10,774 bases of DNA, taken from the NCBI GenBank assembly GCA_964549305.1, contig CAZJVM010000079.1, positions 1 through 10,774 on the forward strand, given 5' to 3'. The DNA comes from an uncultured bacterium. Its GTDB lineage: Bacteria > Schekmanbacteria > GWA2-38-11 > J061. The notes under the pieces are model-generated. The model did not search any database, was not told the origin of the DNA, and worked only from the letters and a program-made list of their open reading frames with translations. Numbering within the stretch: position 1 is the first letter of the stretch; every line of letters starts with the position of its first letter. The translations under genes and the position numbers were made by a program. This document shows positions 1 to 7,743 of this stretch, one piece after another.

Positions 1-1
1 C

Positions 2-31
2 GTCATCTTCCAGCTCGACTGGAAGATCCAG
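2..31 (+). repeat. REP-like palindromic element GTCAT-CTTCCAG-CTCGA-CTGGAAG-ATCCAG
   Basis: Perfect 9-bp stem 5-13/19-27 with a 5-nt loop. Same 30-nt architecture as the reverse complement of 8546-8575. Confidence 0.75.
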
Positions 32-44
32 AAAACATTAACAA

Positions 45-78
45 CTGGATACCCGTCGGAATTTATGCCGTATTATGA
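45..78 (-). repeat. Degenerate inverted partner of the REP-like element (BIME-like pair)
   Basis: CTGGAT at 45-50 is the reverse complement of ATCCAG at 26-31, with a 13-nt spacer. The remainder is decayed, so the right boundary is approximate. Confidence 0.4.
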
Positions 79-158
79 AAAGAGTCTCTCAAACCTCACA
101 ACCCTTAATTCTCCTGCAGTTACCGTTCCTTTTTCCAAACAACGAACAAGTTCTTCAT

Positions 159-623
159 TTATTGACGTTTATACCTGCAATAACTCCTGCTTTCGTAATG
201 CTCCTTCAATTTATTCAATTGTTCGGGAGTGAGCACATTTCGGATATCAATTGCAACGCCTGCAAATGTGTCCACAAGTCCCGATATTTCATCTCTTATA
301 TTGTTTATTTCCGACTGCAATTCTTCCTTTGTCGAACCCTCTGTGAAGAAAAGTTCTGCCACTGCCTTTCTCTCGCTGAGCAGTTTTTCTCTTGTTTCCT
401 GCCTTTGTGCCTTTGTATTGTCAATCAACGCCTTAATTTCTTCAGTCTGAGCATCCGAGAGGTCAAGGCGTGTCTTCCATTTTTCTAAAATGTAGTCAGC
501 AATTTTCCCCTGCGAATAGCATTGGTATCCCTTGTACGCTGAATATCCAATAGTTCCTGCGCCTACTGAAAATACGAGAATGATTGTCAAAAGAAGATAA
601 AGAAGCGTCTTTTTTGAAAACAT
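159..623 (-). CDS. Spy/CpxP-family (LTXXQ motif) periplasmic chaperone / metal-sensor-like protein
   Basis: Basic N-terminus plus hydrophobic signal/anchor, helical body, two LTXXQ-type motifs (LDLSDAQ, VLTPEQ). RBS AGGAGG at 636-631 lies 7 nt from ATG 623 but only 1 nt from the ORF-track ATG 629, so 623 is the preferred start. Confidence 0.8.
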   Translation of the reverse strand: MFSKKTLLYLLLTIILVFSVGAGTIGYSAYKGYQCYSQGKIADYILEKWKTRLDLSDAQTEEIKALIDNTKAQRQETREKLLSERKAVAELFFTEGSTKEELQSEINNIRDEISGLVDTFAGVAIDIRNVLTPEQLNKLKEHYESRSYCRYKRQ

Positions 624-768
624 TTTCATTCCTCCTTTTAGATTATCTGTCTCATTGCCTTTCGCTTACTTTTTAAAATATATATTTGCCTTGTAAAAAA
701 TGATTAGATAAGTTGTAAATATTAACTATCCATTAATCAGTGTTTTAAAAAAAATGAGTTGGTGAATT

Positions 769-2004
769 ATGAAGAAAAATATATGTTTTTTAATTATTAT
801 ACTTTTTGCCATATTTGTTTCGTTTTCTTCCTATGCGGAAACACCTCCTGAACTATTCCACGACAAAGATACTCCGGGCTTTTCAGCGGAAAGAAAAGCG
901 TATCACTCCGATGCCATAAAAAAAGTTTCCGTTGATTTTTCATTAATCAATCCTGAAGGCAGTCGTTCAAGAAGAATAATTGCTGACCTGCCGGACAAAA
1001 GCGTAACCCTCGAAATGACAAATATCTCATCTGACGGTAACGGGAATTATTCGTGGTTCGGCAAGGTTGAAGGCAAAAAATTATCGAGCGTTGTTTTCTC
1101 GGTAACCGACGGAAAATTATTCGGAGATATAAGCGTTGACGGTGAATCCTACGCGGTGGAACCTTCGGGAAAGAGTTACCGAATCGTCAGGGAAGATTTA
1201 GAAAAAATGAACCCCCTTTGCGACTCTCCCCTTATTCCTCCCGCAACTCATATCTCTACAGAAGAAATATCCCCCCGCAAAAGCTACAGGGACAGCGGGA
1301 ATGAAATCGATGTACTCGTTTTATATACTAAATCTCTTAAGAAAAAATACAAATCCAAGCTCAATGGATTGGTGAAACATTACGCGGATATTGCCAATCA
1401 GGCATATGCCAACAGCAACATCAACCTGAAACTGAATATAACCGCTACGGAAGCTTTCTATGACGATGGAACAAAGGAAAAAGCGAACAGCACTTCCGAT
1501 GCCCTCACGTATATTACAGAGAATGCGACTGTAAAGTCGCTCAGAAAATCCTATAAAGCGGATTTAATCTGCCTGATGAGAAAATTCAGAAAAAAAGGAA
1601 AATCCCCCTGCGGTACGGGTTGGCTTTTAACCAGCGCGGACAAAACATTTTCCCCATACGCTTATTCAGTAGTCGAAGTCAGGAAACCCTCGGGCAGAGG
1701 ATATTACTGTGACAAAAGGACATTTGCCCACGAGATAGGGCATAATCTCGGATGCGCTCACGACAGGGCACACGCTTCGGAACAAGGAGCTTATGAATAT
1801 TCCTACGGATACAAAAAGAAGGGAAAGTTTAGCACAATTATGAGTTATGGTTCGCACAGGATTACATACTTCTCCACTCCCATTGAAACATACAGGAACA
1901 AAGTCATCGGTAAGGATATAAACGAAAATAAGCCTGCCTACAACGCCCTTACCATTGAGCAGACAAAAGATGCCGTCGCTAACTTCAAAAAAAGCGGAAA
2001 TTAA
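769..2004 (+). CDS. Secreted metzincin zinc metallopeptidase (M12B/reprolysin-like) with pro-domain
   Basis: Signal peptide ending ...SSYA. Extended zinc motif HEIGHNLGCAHD (HExxHxxGxxH, 1729-1764) and Met-turn STIMSY. The catalytic domain begins at IDVLVLYT, with YKADLICL and CGTGWL as in bacterial reprolysin-like proteases. Confidence 0.9.
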   Translation: MKKNICFLIIILFAIFVSFSSYAETPPELFHDKDTPGFSAERKAYHSDAIKKVSVDFSLINPEGSRSRRIIADLPDKSVTLEMTNISSDGNGNYSWFGKVEGKKLSSVVFSVTDGKLFGDISVDGESYAVEPSGKSYRIVREDLEKMNPLCDSPLIPPATHISTEEISPRKSYRDSGNEIDVLVLYTKSLKKKYKSKLNGLVKHYADIANQAYANSNINLKLNITATEAFYDDGTKEKANSTSDALTYITENATVKSLRKSYKADLICLMRKFRKKGKSPCGTGWLLTSADKTFSPYAYSVVEVRKPSGRGYYCDKRTFAHEIGHNLGCAHDRAHASEQGAYEYSYGYKKKGKFSTIMSYGSHRITYFSTPIETYRNKVIGKDINENKPAYNALTIEQTKDAVANFKKSGN

Positions 2005-2036
2005 ATTACGGGAACATTAGTTTAAGAGTACATTGT

Positions 2037-3098
2037 TTATTTGACTATGTCTTTTATCTTTTCCCCCTTATCTTCGGAAAATGCACCTTCGCCTTTGAAA
2101 AGAACATTCCCTTTATTATCAACAAGCAATACATATATGGTCTGCTCGTTTTCTACTCCCAATGCCCTGTTAAATGGCGCCTTATCTATATAGAGAGTGA
2201 TTGTCGCCTCTCTTGCCTTAACATCCTGTATCCCGGAACGCATAGCGTAATTGATGTACCACTGATAGAGAATATTGAGGTTTTCTATAGTTGGAAGCTC
2301 ATAATATTTCAACTTATCGTTATTCGCGGAAAGCGTTTTCGCGAAAGGTAACCAGGTATCCACAAGTTGCTGTTGCTCACGATAATAAGCAATAAAAAGA
2401 AGGTTGAATTCTCCTTCAAAATCACCGGGCAATTTATATTTTTTACCTTCAAGATTTGCCCCGGCAACTTCTGGAAAAATGTAATTCAATTTGGTCTCTT
2501 TATTTTTTTCTCCGAAAGTTGAAATACTCTTAAGCTCAAGAGAAAATTGCCCCTCCTGTTTGTCGGAAATAAGGAAACCCATAGCGCTAATCTTTTTTAC
2601 ATCCAGTTTCGGAGCATCATTTAAAACCTGTCCTCTGAAAGTGGGTATAAAATCCGCGAAAGGAATTTTAACAGTCATCCAATTCCCCCTCTCGGTTAAA
2701 AAAACTGTCTGATAAAGGGTAGTGTCGCGATTATCATCGTTTTTCATATAGAATTTATACTTATTTCCGTCTCCCTTAATTCTCAATTCCACACCTTCAT
2801 AACCGCTCAAGTCATATGAATTTTCTTCATTTATAACGGAGGCAAAACCTCCATAATTATCAAGAGATATATTCCCTGAAAAAACCGCGTTTCTCTCTTT
2901 CGTCATTCCAAAAGTGCTTCTCGATACTCCTCCCATAACTGTATCGTCAACATTTACCCAACCATCCGCATTGCCTGATTTTTCAAAATCTAAAAGAAGA
3001 CTGCTTTTATATTCCATGCTCATTGCAATTCCTCCGTATGTTAATATAAAAATCAGAAATGATGCTGAAATGAATACTCTTATAATCTGATTTATCAT
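2037..3098 (-). CDS. CIA30 (complex I intermediate-associated protein 30)-domain protein fused to a C-terminal ATP10-like thioredoxin-fold domain, with N-terminal signal/TM segment
   Basis: CIA30 motifs WVNVDDTVMGGVS, FSGNISLDNYGGFAS, IKGDGNKYKF, IPFADFIPTFRG, ISDKQEGQFSLE. The C-terminal domain FPEVAGANLEG..LPGDF..VDTW..YYELP..MRSGI..YVLLVDNKGNVLFKGEG resembles bacterial ATP10-like proteins. RBS AGGAG 3110-3106 fits ATG 3098 (the ORF track starts at TTG 3101). An alternative start exists at 3023. Confidence 0.8.
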   Translation of the reverse strand: MINQIIRVFISASFLIFILTYGGIAMSMEYKSSLLLDFEKSGNADGWVNVDDTVMGGVSRSTFGMTKERNAVFSGNISLDNYGGFASVINEENSYDLSGYEGVELRIKGDGNKYKFYMKNDDNRDTTLYQTVFLTERGNWMTVKIPFADFIPTFRGQVLNDAPKLDVKKISAMGFLISDKQEGQFSLELKSISTFGEKNKETKLNYIFPEVAGANLEGKKYKLPGDFEGEFNLLFIAYYREQQQLVDTWLPFAKTLSANNDKLKYYELPTIENLNILYQWYINYAMRSGIQDVKAREATITLYIDKAPFNRALGVENEQTIYVLLVDNKGNVLFKGEGAFSEDKGEKIKDIVK

Positions 3099-3195
3099 CA
3101 ATGAACTCCTCTTTTATTATTAATTACTCTCTTTATTAAATAAAAAATATATTAAAAATACACAAATTAATCATATTTATTCTGTTTTAACTCAT

Positions 3196-3225
3196 AAAAA
3201 ATGCCGGATTAACTTGGACCGGTAT
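3196..3225 (-). terminator. Possible weak intrinsic terminator after the methyltransferase gene
   Basis: Minus strand reads ATACCGG-TCCAAGTTAAT-CCGGCAT-TTTTT directly after the stop codon. The stem is short and imperfect. Confidence 0.3.
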
Positions 3226-4068
3226 TTACCTTGCCGCTAAAGTAAAATCCGTAACAGGAGAATTGATTGCTTCTATTGCTTCCTTGTCGCAGGTATGTAT
3301 GAATGAAAAGTGTTTTGACAGGAATTTTTCTGCTTCGCTGAGTGTCAGAAAATTTGCTCCGATTTTCTCAAATATTATATCATATGCTTCTTTTTTACCG
3401 GTGATGTTAAGGTCTTCTACCATTAATAATATGTCAGCAAGAGGTGCTATAGTATCAATACCTTCAAGTCCGGTATATGGGATGCAGAAACGCTCAAAGA
3501 GAAAAACCGGTTTTTTCAGTTTTTGAAACATCTCCCGCGGAACCTCTTTTCTGAAATCCCATTGAAAATCTGATATATCAAACTCAGGATATTTTCCCCT
3601 GAGCATTGCTCCTGTTTCGCTGATTTGAGGTATCTTGTCAGAAATTATTACAGGAACCTCTATTTCTTTCCTTCTCATTTCATCACATATACCGGTGGTG
3701 ACATGTCCTAAACCTGCTCCCACTTCAACAAGCGTTCCGATTTCATATTTGTCTAAAACAGAAGAAACAACATCCATCGTGCCGTCTGCAAATATTTTAT
3801 AAATATCGCTTTCTGCAACCTCTCTGTAAAGATTCTGTATCTCCGGTTTTGACCAGTCCCACTCTTCCTCTTCCATCACAGCAACCATAAATTTTACTAT
3901 AGGAACAAAAATGTCAGGGACTTCATTTTTTTTCACGTCTTCCCCTGCAAGAAGTTTTTCAGATGAGGTAAGGAGAGGTTTCCAATCGCAAAAAGCTTTT
4001 TTTGCCTTATCGCAATACCGCGTCATCGGTGCTTCGATAGCTTCAAGCAATTCATCACGATTAATCAT
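3226..4068 (-). CDS. Class I SAM-dependent methyltransferase-like protein, substrate unknown
   Basis: Motif I-like LVEVGAGLG, acidic residue ending strand 2 (VIISD), FQWDF, LFERFCIPY. AGGGGG at 4080-4075 abuts the ORF-track ATG 4074 and lies 6 nt from ATG 4068, so 4068 is preferred. It starts about 20 nt after the oxoprolinase B stop. Confidence 0.65.
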   Translation of the reverse strand: MINRDELLEAIEAPMTRYCDKAKKAFCDWKPLLTSSEKLLAGEDVKKNEVPDIFVPIVKFMVAVMEEEEWDWSKPEIQNLYREVAESDIYKIFADGTMDVVSSVLDKYEIGTLVEVGAGLGHVTTGICDEMRRKEIEVPVIISDKIPQISETGAMLRGKYPEFDISDFQWDFRKEVPREMFQKLKKPVFLFERFCIPYTGLEGIDTIAPLADILLMVEDLNITGKKEAYDIIFEKIGANFLTLSEAEKFLSKHFSFIHTCDKEAIEAINSPVTDFTLAAR

Positions 4069-4088
4069 ATTCATCCCCCTGTTAATGT

Positions 4089-5663
4089 TTAATCACCGGC
4101 GCTGCCAAATCCCCCTCCGCCGGGAGTTTCGATTCGAAGCACATCGCCTTTTTTTACTCTGTCATAGAATTTGCCGCTTTTATCAATTTCTTCACCTTCG
4201 CGAATAATTGTATTCTTTCCGCATTTGCCTTTCTCTCCACCGTCCAAACCGTATGGCGCGTATTTTCTTCGCTCTGAAATCACAGTCACTTCGGCATCGG
4301 ACAAGAATTCAATTTCTCTTACAATACCGTCGCCTCCGCGGTATTTCCCCTTGCCTCCTGAATCTTTCCTGATGCTGTAGCGCCTCACAATGACCGGGTA
4401 GGAATATTCCATTGCCTCTATGGGAGTGTTTAGAGTGTTTGTCATATGCGACTGCACCGCTGACGCGCCGTTGCCTTCTTTGAACGCGCCCATTCCGCCG
4501 CCGACTGTTTCATAGTAGGTGAAGGTTTTTCCCCTGCGCTCATCGACTCCGCCTATTGCCGTATTATTCATCGTACCCTGCGCCCCTGCGCATATTTCAC
4601 CTGGCATCGCTTTGGAAAGCGCGCCTAAAATCACATCCACTATCCTCTGTGATGTCTCAACATTGCCTCCTGCCACTGCCGACGGAAATTGAGCATCGAC
4701 TATGCACCCCCTCTCCGTTACGAGATTTATCACCTTCATAAGACCCGCGTTTGTAGGCGCGTCTTCAGGCATAAGGCATCTCACCGCGTAAATGAGCGCA
4801 GACAGTGTTATCGCTTTTACAGCGTTTACAGACCCCTTCACCTGCGCCGCGCTACCGGTAAAGTCGGCAGTCAGGCAGTCGCCTTCCACGGTAATCACCG
4901 CCTTTAACTTTATCGATTCCGTACCGACACCGTCATCGTCGAGGAAATCATCGAATTCATAAACGCCGTCTGGTATTCGGCTTATTGTTTTTCGGGCAAT
5001 TTTCTCCGTATAATTCTGAAGCGCGGAAGCGTAAAAGAGCGTTTCCTCTCTTCCGTATTTATCCGCTGTGTCGCGCAACCTCTTTACCCCCGTAAGGTTT
5101 GCCATTATCTGCGCGCTGAAATCCCCCCTGCGCTCTTCCGATGTACGCACATTGCTCGTAATGAGTCTCAACACGCTCTCATCAATTTTATCTTCACGCA
5201 CGAGCAACAGAGGCGGGATTATAACTCCTTCCTGAAATATGGATGTGGATATTGGCATTGATCCGGAAGCCATACCTCCCATATCTGCGTGATGCGCGCG
5301 GTTTGCCACATAGAAATCCGCTTCTTCGCCATCACCGCAGAAAACCGGGGCAACAACCGTTACATCGGGAAGATGCGTTCCCCCCCGAAAAGGATCATTT
5401 ACAACTGCCATGGCACCACGGGACACAGGACATTCTTTGAGGACCGATTTAACGGACAACGGCATCGAGCCCAAATGCACCGGTATGTGCGCCGCCTGTG
5501 AAACCATATCACCCTTTTTATCGAATATGGCGCAAGAATAATCGCGCCTTTCCTTTATATTAGGTGAAAACGAAGTGCGCCTCAGCGTTGACCCCATTTC
5601 TTCAGAAATCGAAGACAACCTGTTTTTAAACACTTCAAGCAGTATGGGATTTACATCAGTCAT
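4089..5663 (-). CDS. hyuB: Hydantoinase B / 5-oxoprolinase family subunit
   Basis: SPNIKERRDYSCA, AHIPVHLGSM, NDPFRGGTHLPD, NRAHHADMGG, GGNVETSQR, MTNTLNTPIEAME, C-terminal TPGGGGFG. Its start overlaps the A-subunit stop by 1 nt (TAATG). Confidence 0.93.
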   Translation of the reverse strand: MTDVNPILLEVFKNRLSSISEEMGSTLRRTSFSPNIKERRDYSCAIFDKKGDMVSQAAHIPVHLGSMPLSVKSVLKECPVSRGAMAVVNDPFRGGTHLPDVTVVAPVFCGDGEEADFYVANRAHHADMGGMASGSMPISTSIFQEGVIIPPLLLVREDKIDESVLRLITSNVRTSEERRGDFSAQIMANLTGVKRLRDTADKYGREETLFYASALQNYTEKIARKTISRIPDGVYEFDDFLDDDGVGTESIKLKAVITVEGDCLTADFTGSAAQVKGSVNAVKAITLSALIYAVRCLMPEDAPTNAGLMKVINLVTERGCIVDAQFPSAVAGGNVETSQRIVDVILGALSKAMPGEICAGAQGTMNNTAIGGVDERRGKTFTYYETVGGGMGAFKEGNGASAVQSHMTNTLNTPIEAMEYSYPVIVRRYSIRKDSGGKGKYRGGDGIVREIEFLSDAEVTVISERRKYAPYGLDGGEKGKCGKNTIIREGEEIDKSGKFYDRVKKGDVLRIETPGGGGFGSAGD

Positions 5664-7639
5664 TATATCCTTTCAATTATAACATTATATTCATCATCTA
5701 TTCCGGCTTTCCATCGCGGCGGAATAAATGTGGTTGCGCTGTATTCAACTATAACCGCGGGGCCTTCTAAATTGTTTTCGGGCAGTAATTTTTCACGGTC
5801 ATAAAATTTCGCGTTCATCTTCCGCGACTCATAAAATATTTCACCTTCGCCAATCAGAGAAATTCCCTTTTCATTATTTTTCACCTTTCCGCTCACAGGC
5901 GCGCTTTCTCTTTTGCCGGACACCCTCAATCTTAAATTCACTATTTCACAAGGCACACCGCTGTGACTGTATCCGTACAAACGTTTATGAAGCGAATGAA
6001 AACGTTTCACATAATCATCGCTGAAGGGAACGACAATTTCGTAAGACTGCCCCTCAAAACGCATATCAACATATTTTTTAAAAGTGAGTTTCTCTTCCTT
6101 AAAACCCTCCTTAGCCATTTCAACACCACCCCTTTGGCAAAGAGGAGAAAATCTGTTTTCAATATCATTGAAGGAGGTAGCATTTTCTTTGAGCATTACA
6201 GTAATCGAATAATCCTTTACAACATCTGCCTTGAGCATCCCCACAGCCGACAAAAGCCCCGGTGCATATGGTATGATTACACCTTTCATTGAAAGATTAC
6301 CGGCAAGGGCAACTGCGTGGAGTCCGCCTGCGCCTCCGAATGACACAATAGAAAATTCGCGAAGGTCATATCCTCTCTCGATGGATATTACACGTACCGC
6401 TTTTTCCATTTCTGCATTTGCCACTTCAACTATTCCTTCGGCAAGCGTGAAGGGGTCGATTCCGGATTCAGACGATAATTTTCCGATAGCTCTTTGCGCC
6501 CTTTCCGGGTAAAGCTTCATTTTTCCGCCGAGGAAATAATCCGGCGAGAGACGTCCGAGAAAAAGATTCGCGTCTGTTACGGTTGCCCTGTTTCCTTTGC
6601 CGTAACAGGCAGGACCCGGGTCCGCGCCCGCGCTTTCAGGCCCGACTCTCAGAGCGCCTCCTCCGTCAATCCTCGCAATAGAACCACCTCCCGCGCCAAC
6701 AGTGTGGATGTCTATCATAGGTACTTTTACAGGCATACCGGCAATAGCAGATTCGGTAACTATTGACATATCTCCGTCAACAAGGGAAACATCCGTTGAA
6801 GTGCCTCCCATATCGAAGGTTATAATTTTATTCTTTCCGGCCTTTTTTGCTACATCCAAAGCCCCCACGACACCGCCTGCAGGCCCTGAGAGTATTGTCC
6901 TTGCAGATTCATCCATTGCCGTATCCGCCGATATACTTCCGCCGTTTGACTGCATTATTCTCAGTAAATCATCTTCGGAGAGGTTGCTCTTGAGAAATGA
7001 AATGTATTTCTTCATCACGGGCGACACATAGGCATTCACGACTGTAGTGGAAGTTCTTTCATATTCTCTGAATTCCGGAATAATGCGGTGCGAGGCAGAA
7101 ACAAAAAGCCCTCTTCTTTCGCATTCCTCTTCCACAAGCTTTTCGTGTTTCGGATTTATAAAGGAATAAAGAAAGCAGACTGCGACAGATTCAGCGCCCT
7201 TTTCTACTGCTTCTGCAACAACTGCTTTTATCTCTTCATTATGGGGAGACTTCAATACTTCTCCGTCGCAGAGGACTCTCTCCTCAAGGGACAGTCTTCG
7301 CTCCCGCGTAATGAGAGGTGCATCTTTTTTATATTTAAGGTTGTAAAGCTCTTTTCTTTGTTGTCTTCCTATTTCTATAACATCTTCGAACCCGCCTGTT
7401 GTTATGAGCGCGGTAACGGCGCCCTTTCTCTCGAGCAGCGCGTTGGTGGCAACAGTTGAGCCGTGAATGACGGTTTTTCTTTTTTCCATCGATATTGCAT
7501 CGAGGCCTCCGCATACGGCTTCCGCGGGATTTGAGGGCGTTGAAAGTATTTTAAATGTTTTGAGTTTCCCTTCGTCCATATAGACGAAATCGGTGAATGT
7601 GCCTCCCGTATCCACGCCGACTAATATATGGTCTTTCAT
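5663..7639 (-). CDS. hyuA: Hydantoinase A / 5-oxoprolinase family subunit (ATP-binding)
   Basis: GVDTGGTFTD, HGSTVATNALLER, EFREYERTSTT, LSGPAGG, DMGGTSTDV, GAGGGSIA, GPESAGADPGPACYG, GGAGGLHA. GAGGGAG RBS-like sequence upstream. Confidence 0.93.
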   Translation of the reverse strand: MKDHILVGVDTGGTFTDFVYMDEGKLKTFKILSTPSNPAEAVCGGLDAISMEKRKTVIHGSTVATNALLERKGAVTALITTGGFEDVIEIGRQQRKELYNLKYKKDAPLITRERRLSLEERVLCDGEVLKSPHNEEIKAVVAEAVEKGAESVAVCFLYSFINPKHEKLVEEECERRGLFVSASHRIIPEFREYERTSTTVVNAYVSPVMKKYISFLKSNLSEDDLLRIMQSNGGSISADTAMDESARTILSGPAGGVVGALDVAKKAGKNKIITFDMGGTSTDVSLVDGDMSIVTESAIAGMPVKVPMIDIHTVGAGGGSIARIDGGGALRVGPESAGADPGPACYGKGNRATVTDANLFLGRLSPDYFLGGKMKLYPERAQRAIGKLSSESGIDPFTLAEGIVEVANAEMEKAVRVISIERGYDLREFSIVSFGGAGGLHAVALAGNLSMKGVIIPYAPGLLSAVGMLKADVVKDYSITVMLKENATSFNDIENRFSPLCQRGGVEMAKEGFKEEKLTFKKYVDMRFEGQSYEIVVPFSDDYVKRFHSLHKRLYGYSHSGVPCEIVNLRLRVSGKRESAPVSGKVKNNEKGISLIGEGEIFYESRKMNAKFYDREKLLPENNLEGPAVIVEYSATTFIPPRWKAGIDDEYNVIIERI

Positions 7640-7743
7640 TACAACTCACTCCCTCTATCTTAAAATTAAACATACCATTTTTAGATGAAATAATTTATAT
7701 AATTTGAATAAATATCAATGGCGCTTATCAGGAGGGTAAATGA
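7640..7743. promoter_or_regulatory. AT-rich divergent promoter region shared by hyuA-like and hemF-like genes
   Basis: 104-bp gap between head-to-head genes. TATAAT at 7698-7703 (+) with no clear -35. RBS AGGAGG at 7730-7735. Confidence 0.5.

Noticed and set aside
73-165. Minus-strand peptide INEELVRCLEKG.. resembling an ECF sigma factor N-terminus
   Set aside because: No start codon in frame, and it stops after about 30 codons.
2-232. Open plus-strand frame from the window edge (VIFQLDWKIQKTL...), also frame 1 open to 78
   Set aside because: Its first part is the REP-like palindrome, the longer frame overlaps the convergent spy-like gene, and there is no recognisable motif.
75-488. Plus-strand ORFs 75-488 and 229-450
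   Set aside because: Antisense shadows of the Spy/CpxP-like gene, with atypical composition and no RBS.
1666-4207. ORFs 1666-1857(-), 2491-2712(+), 3263-3526(+), 3911-4207(+)
   Set aside because: They lie antisense to well-supported genes and have no motifs.
4171-7459. Ten short plus-strand ORFs inside hyuA/hyuB
   Set aside because: Antisense shadows of long conserved genes.
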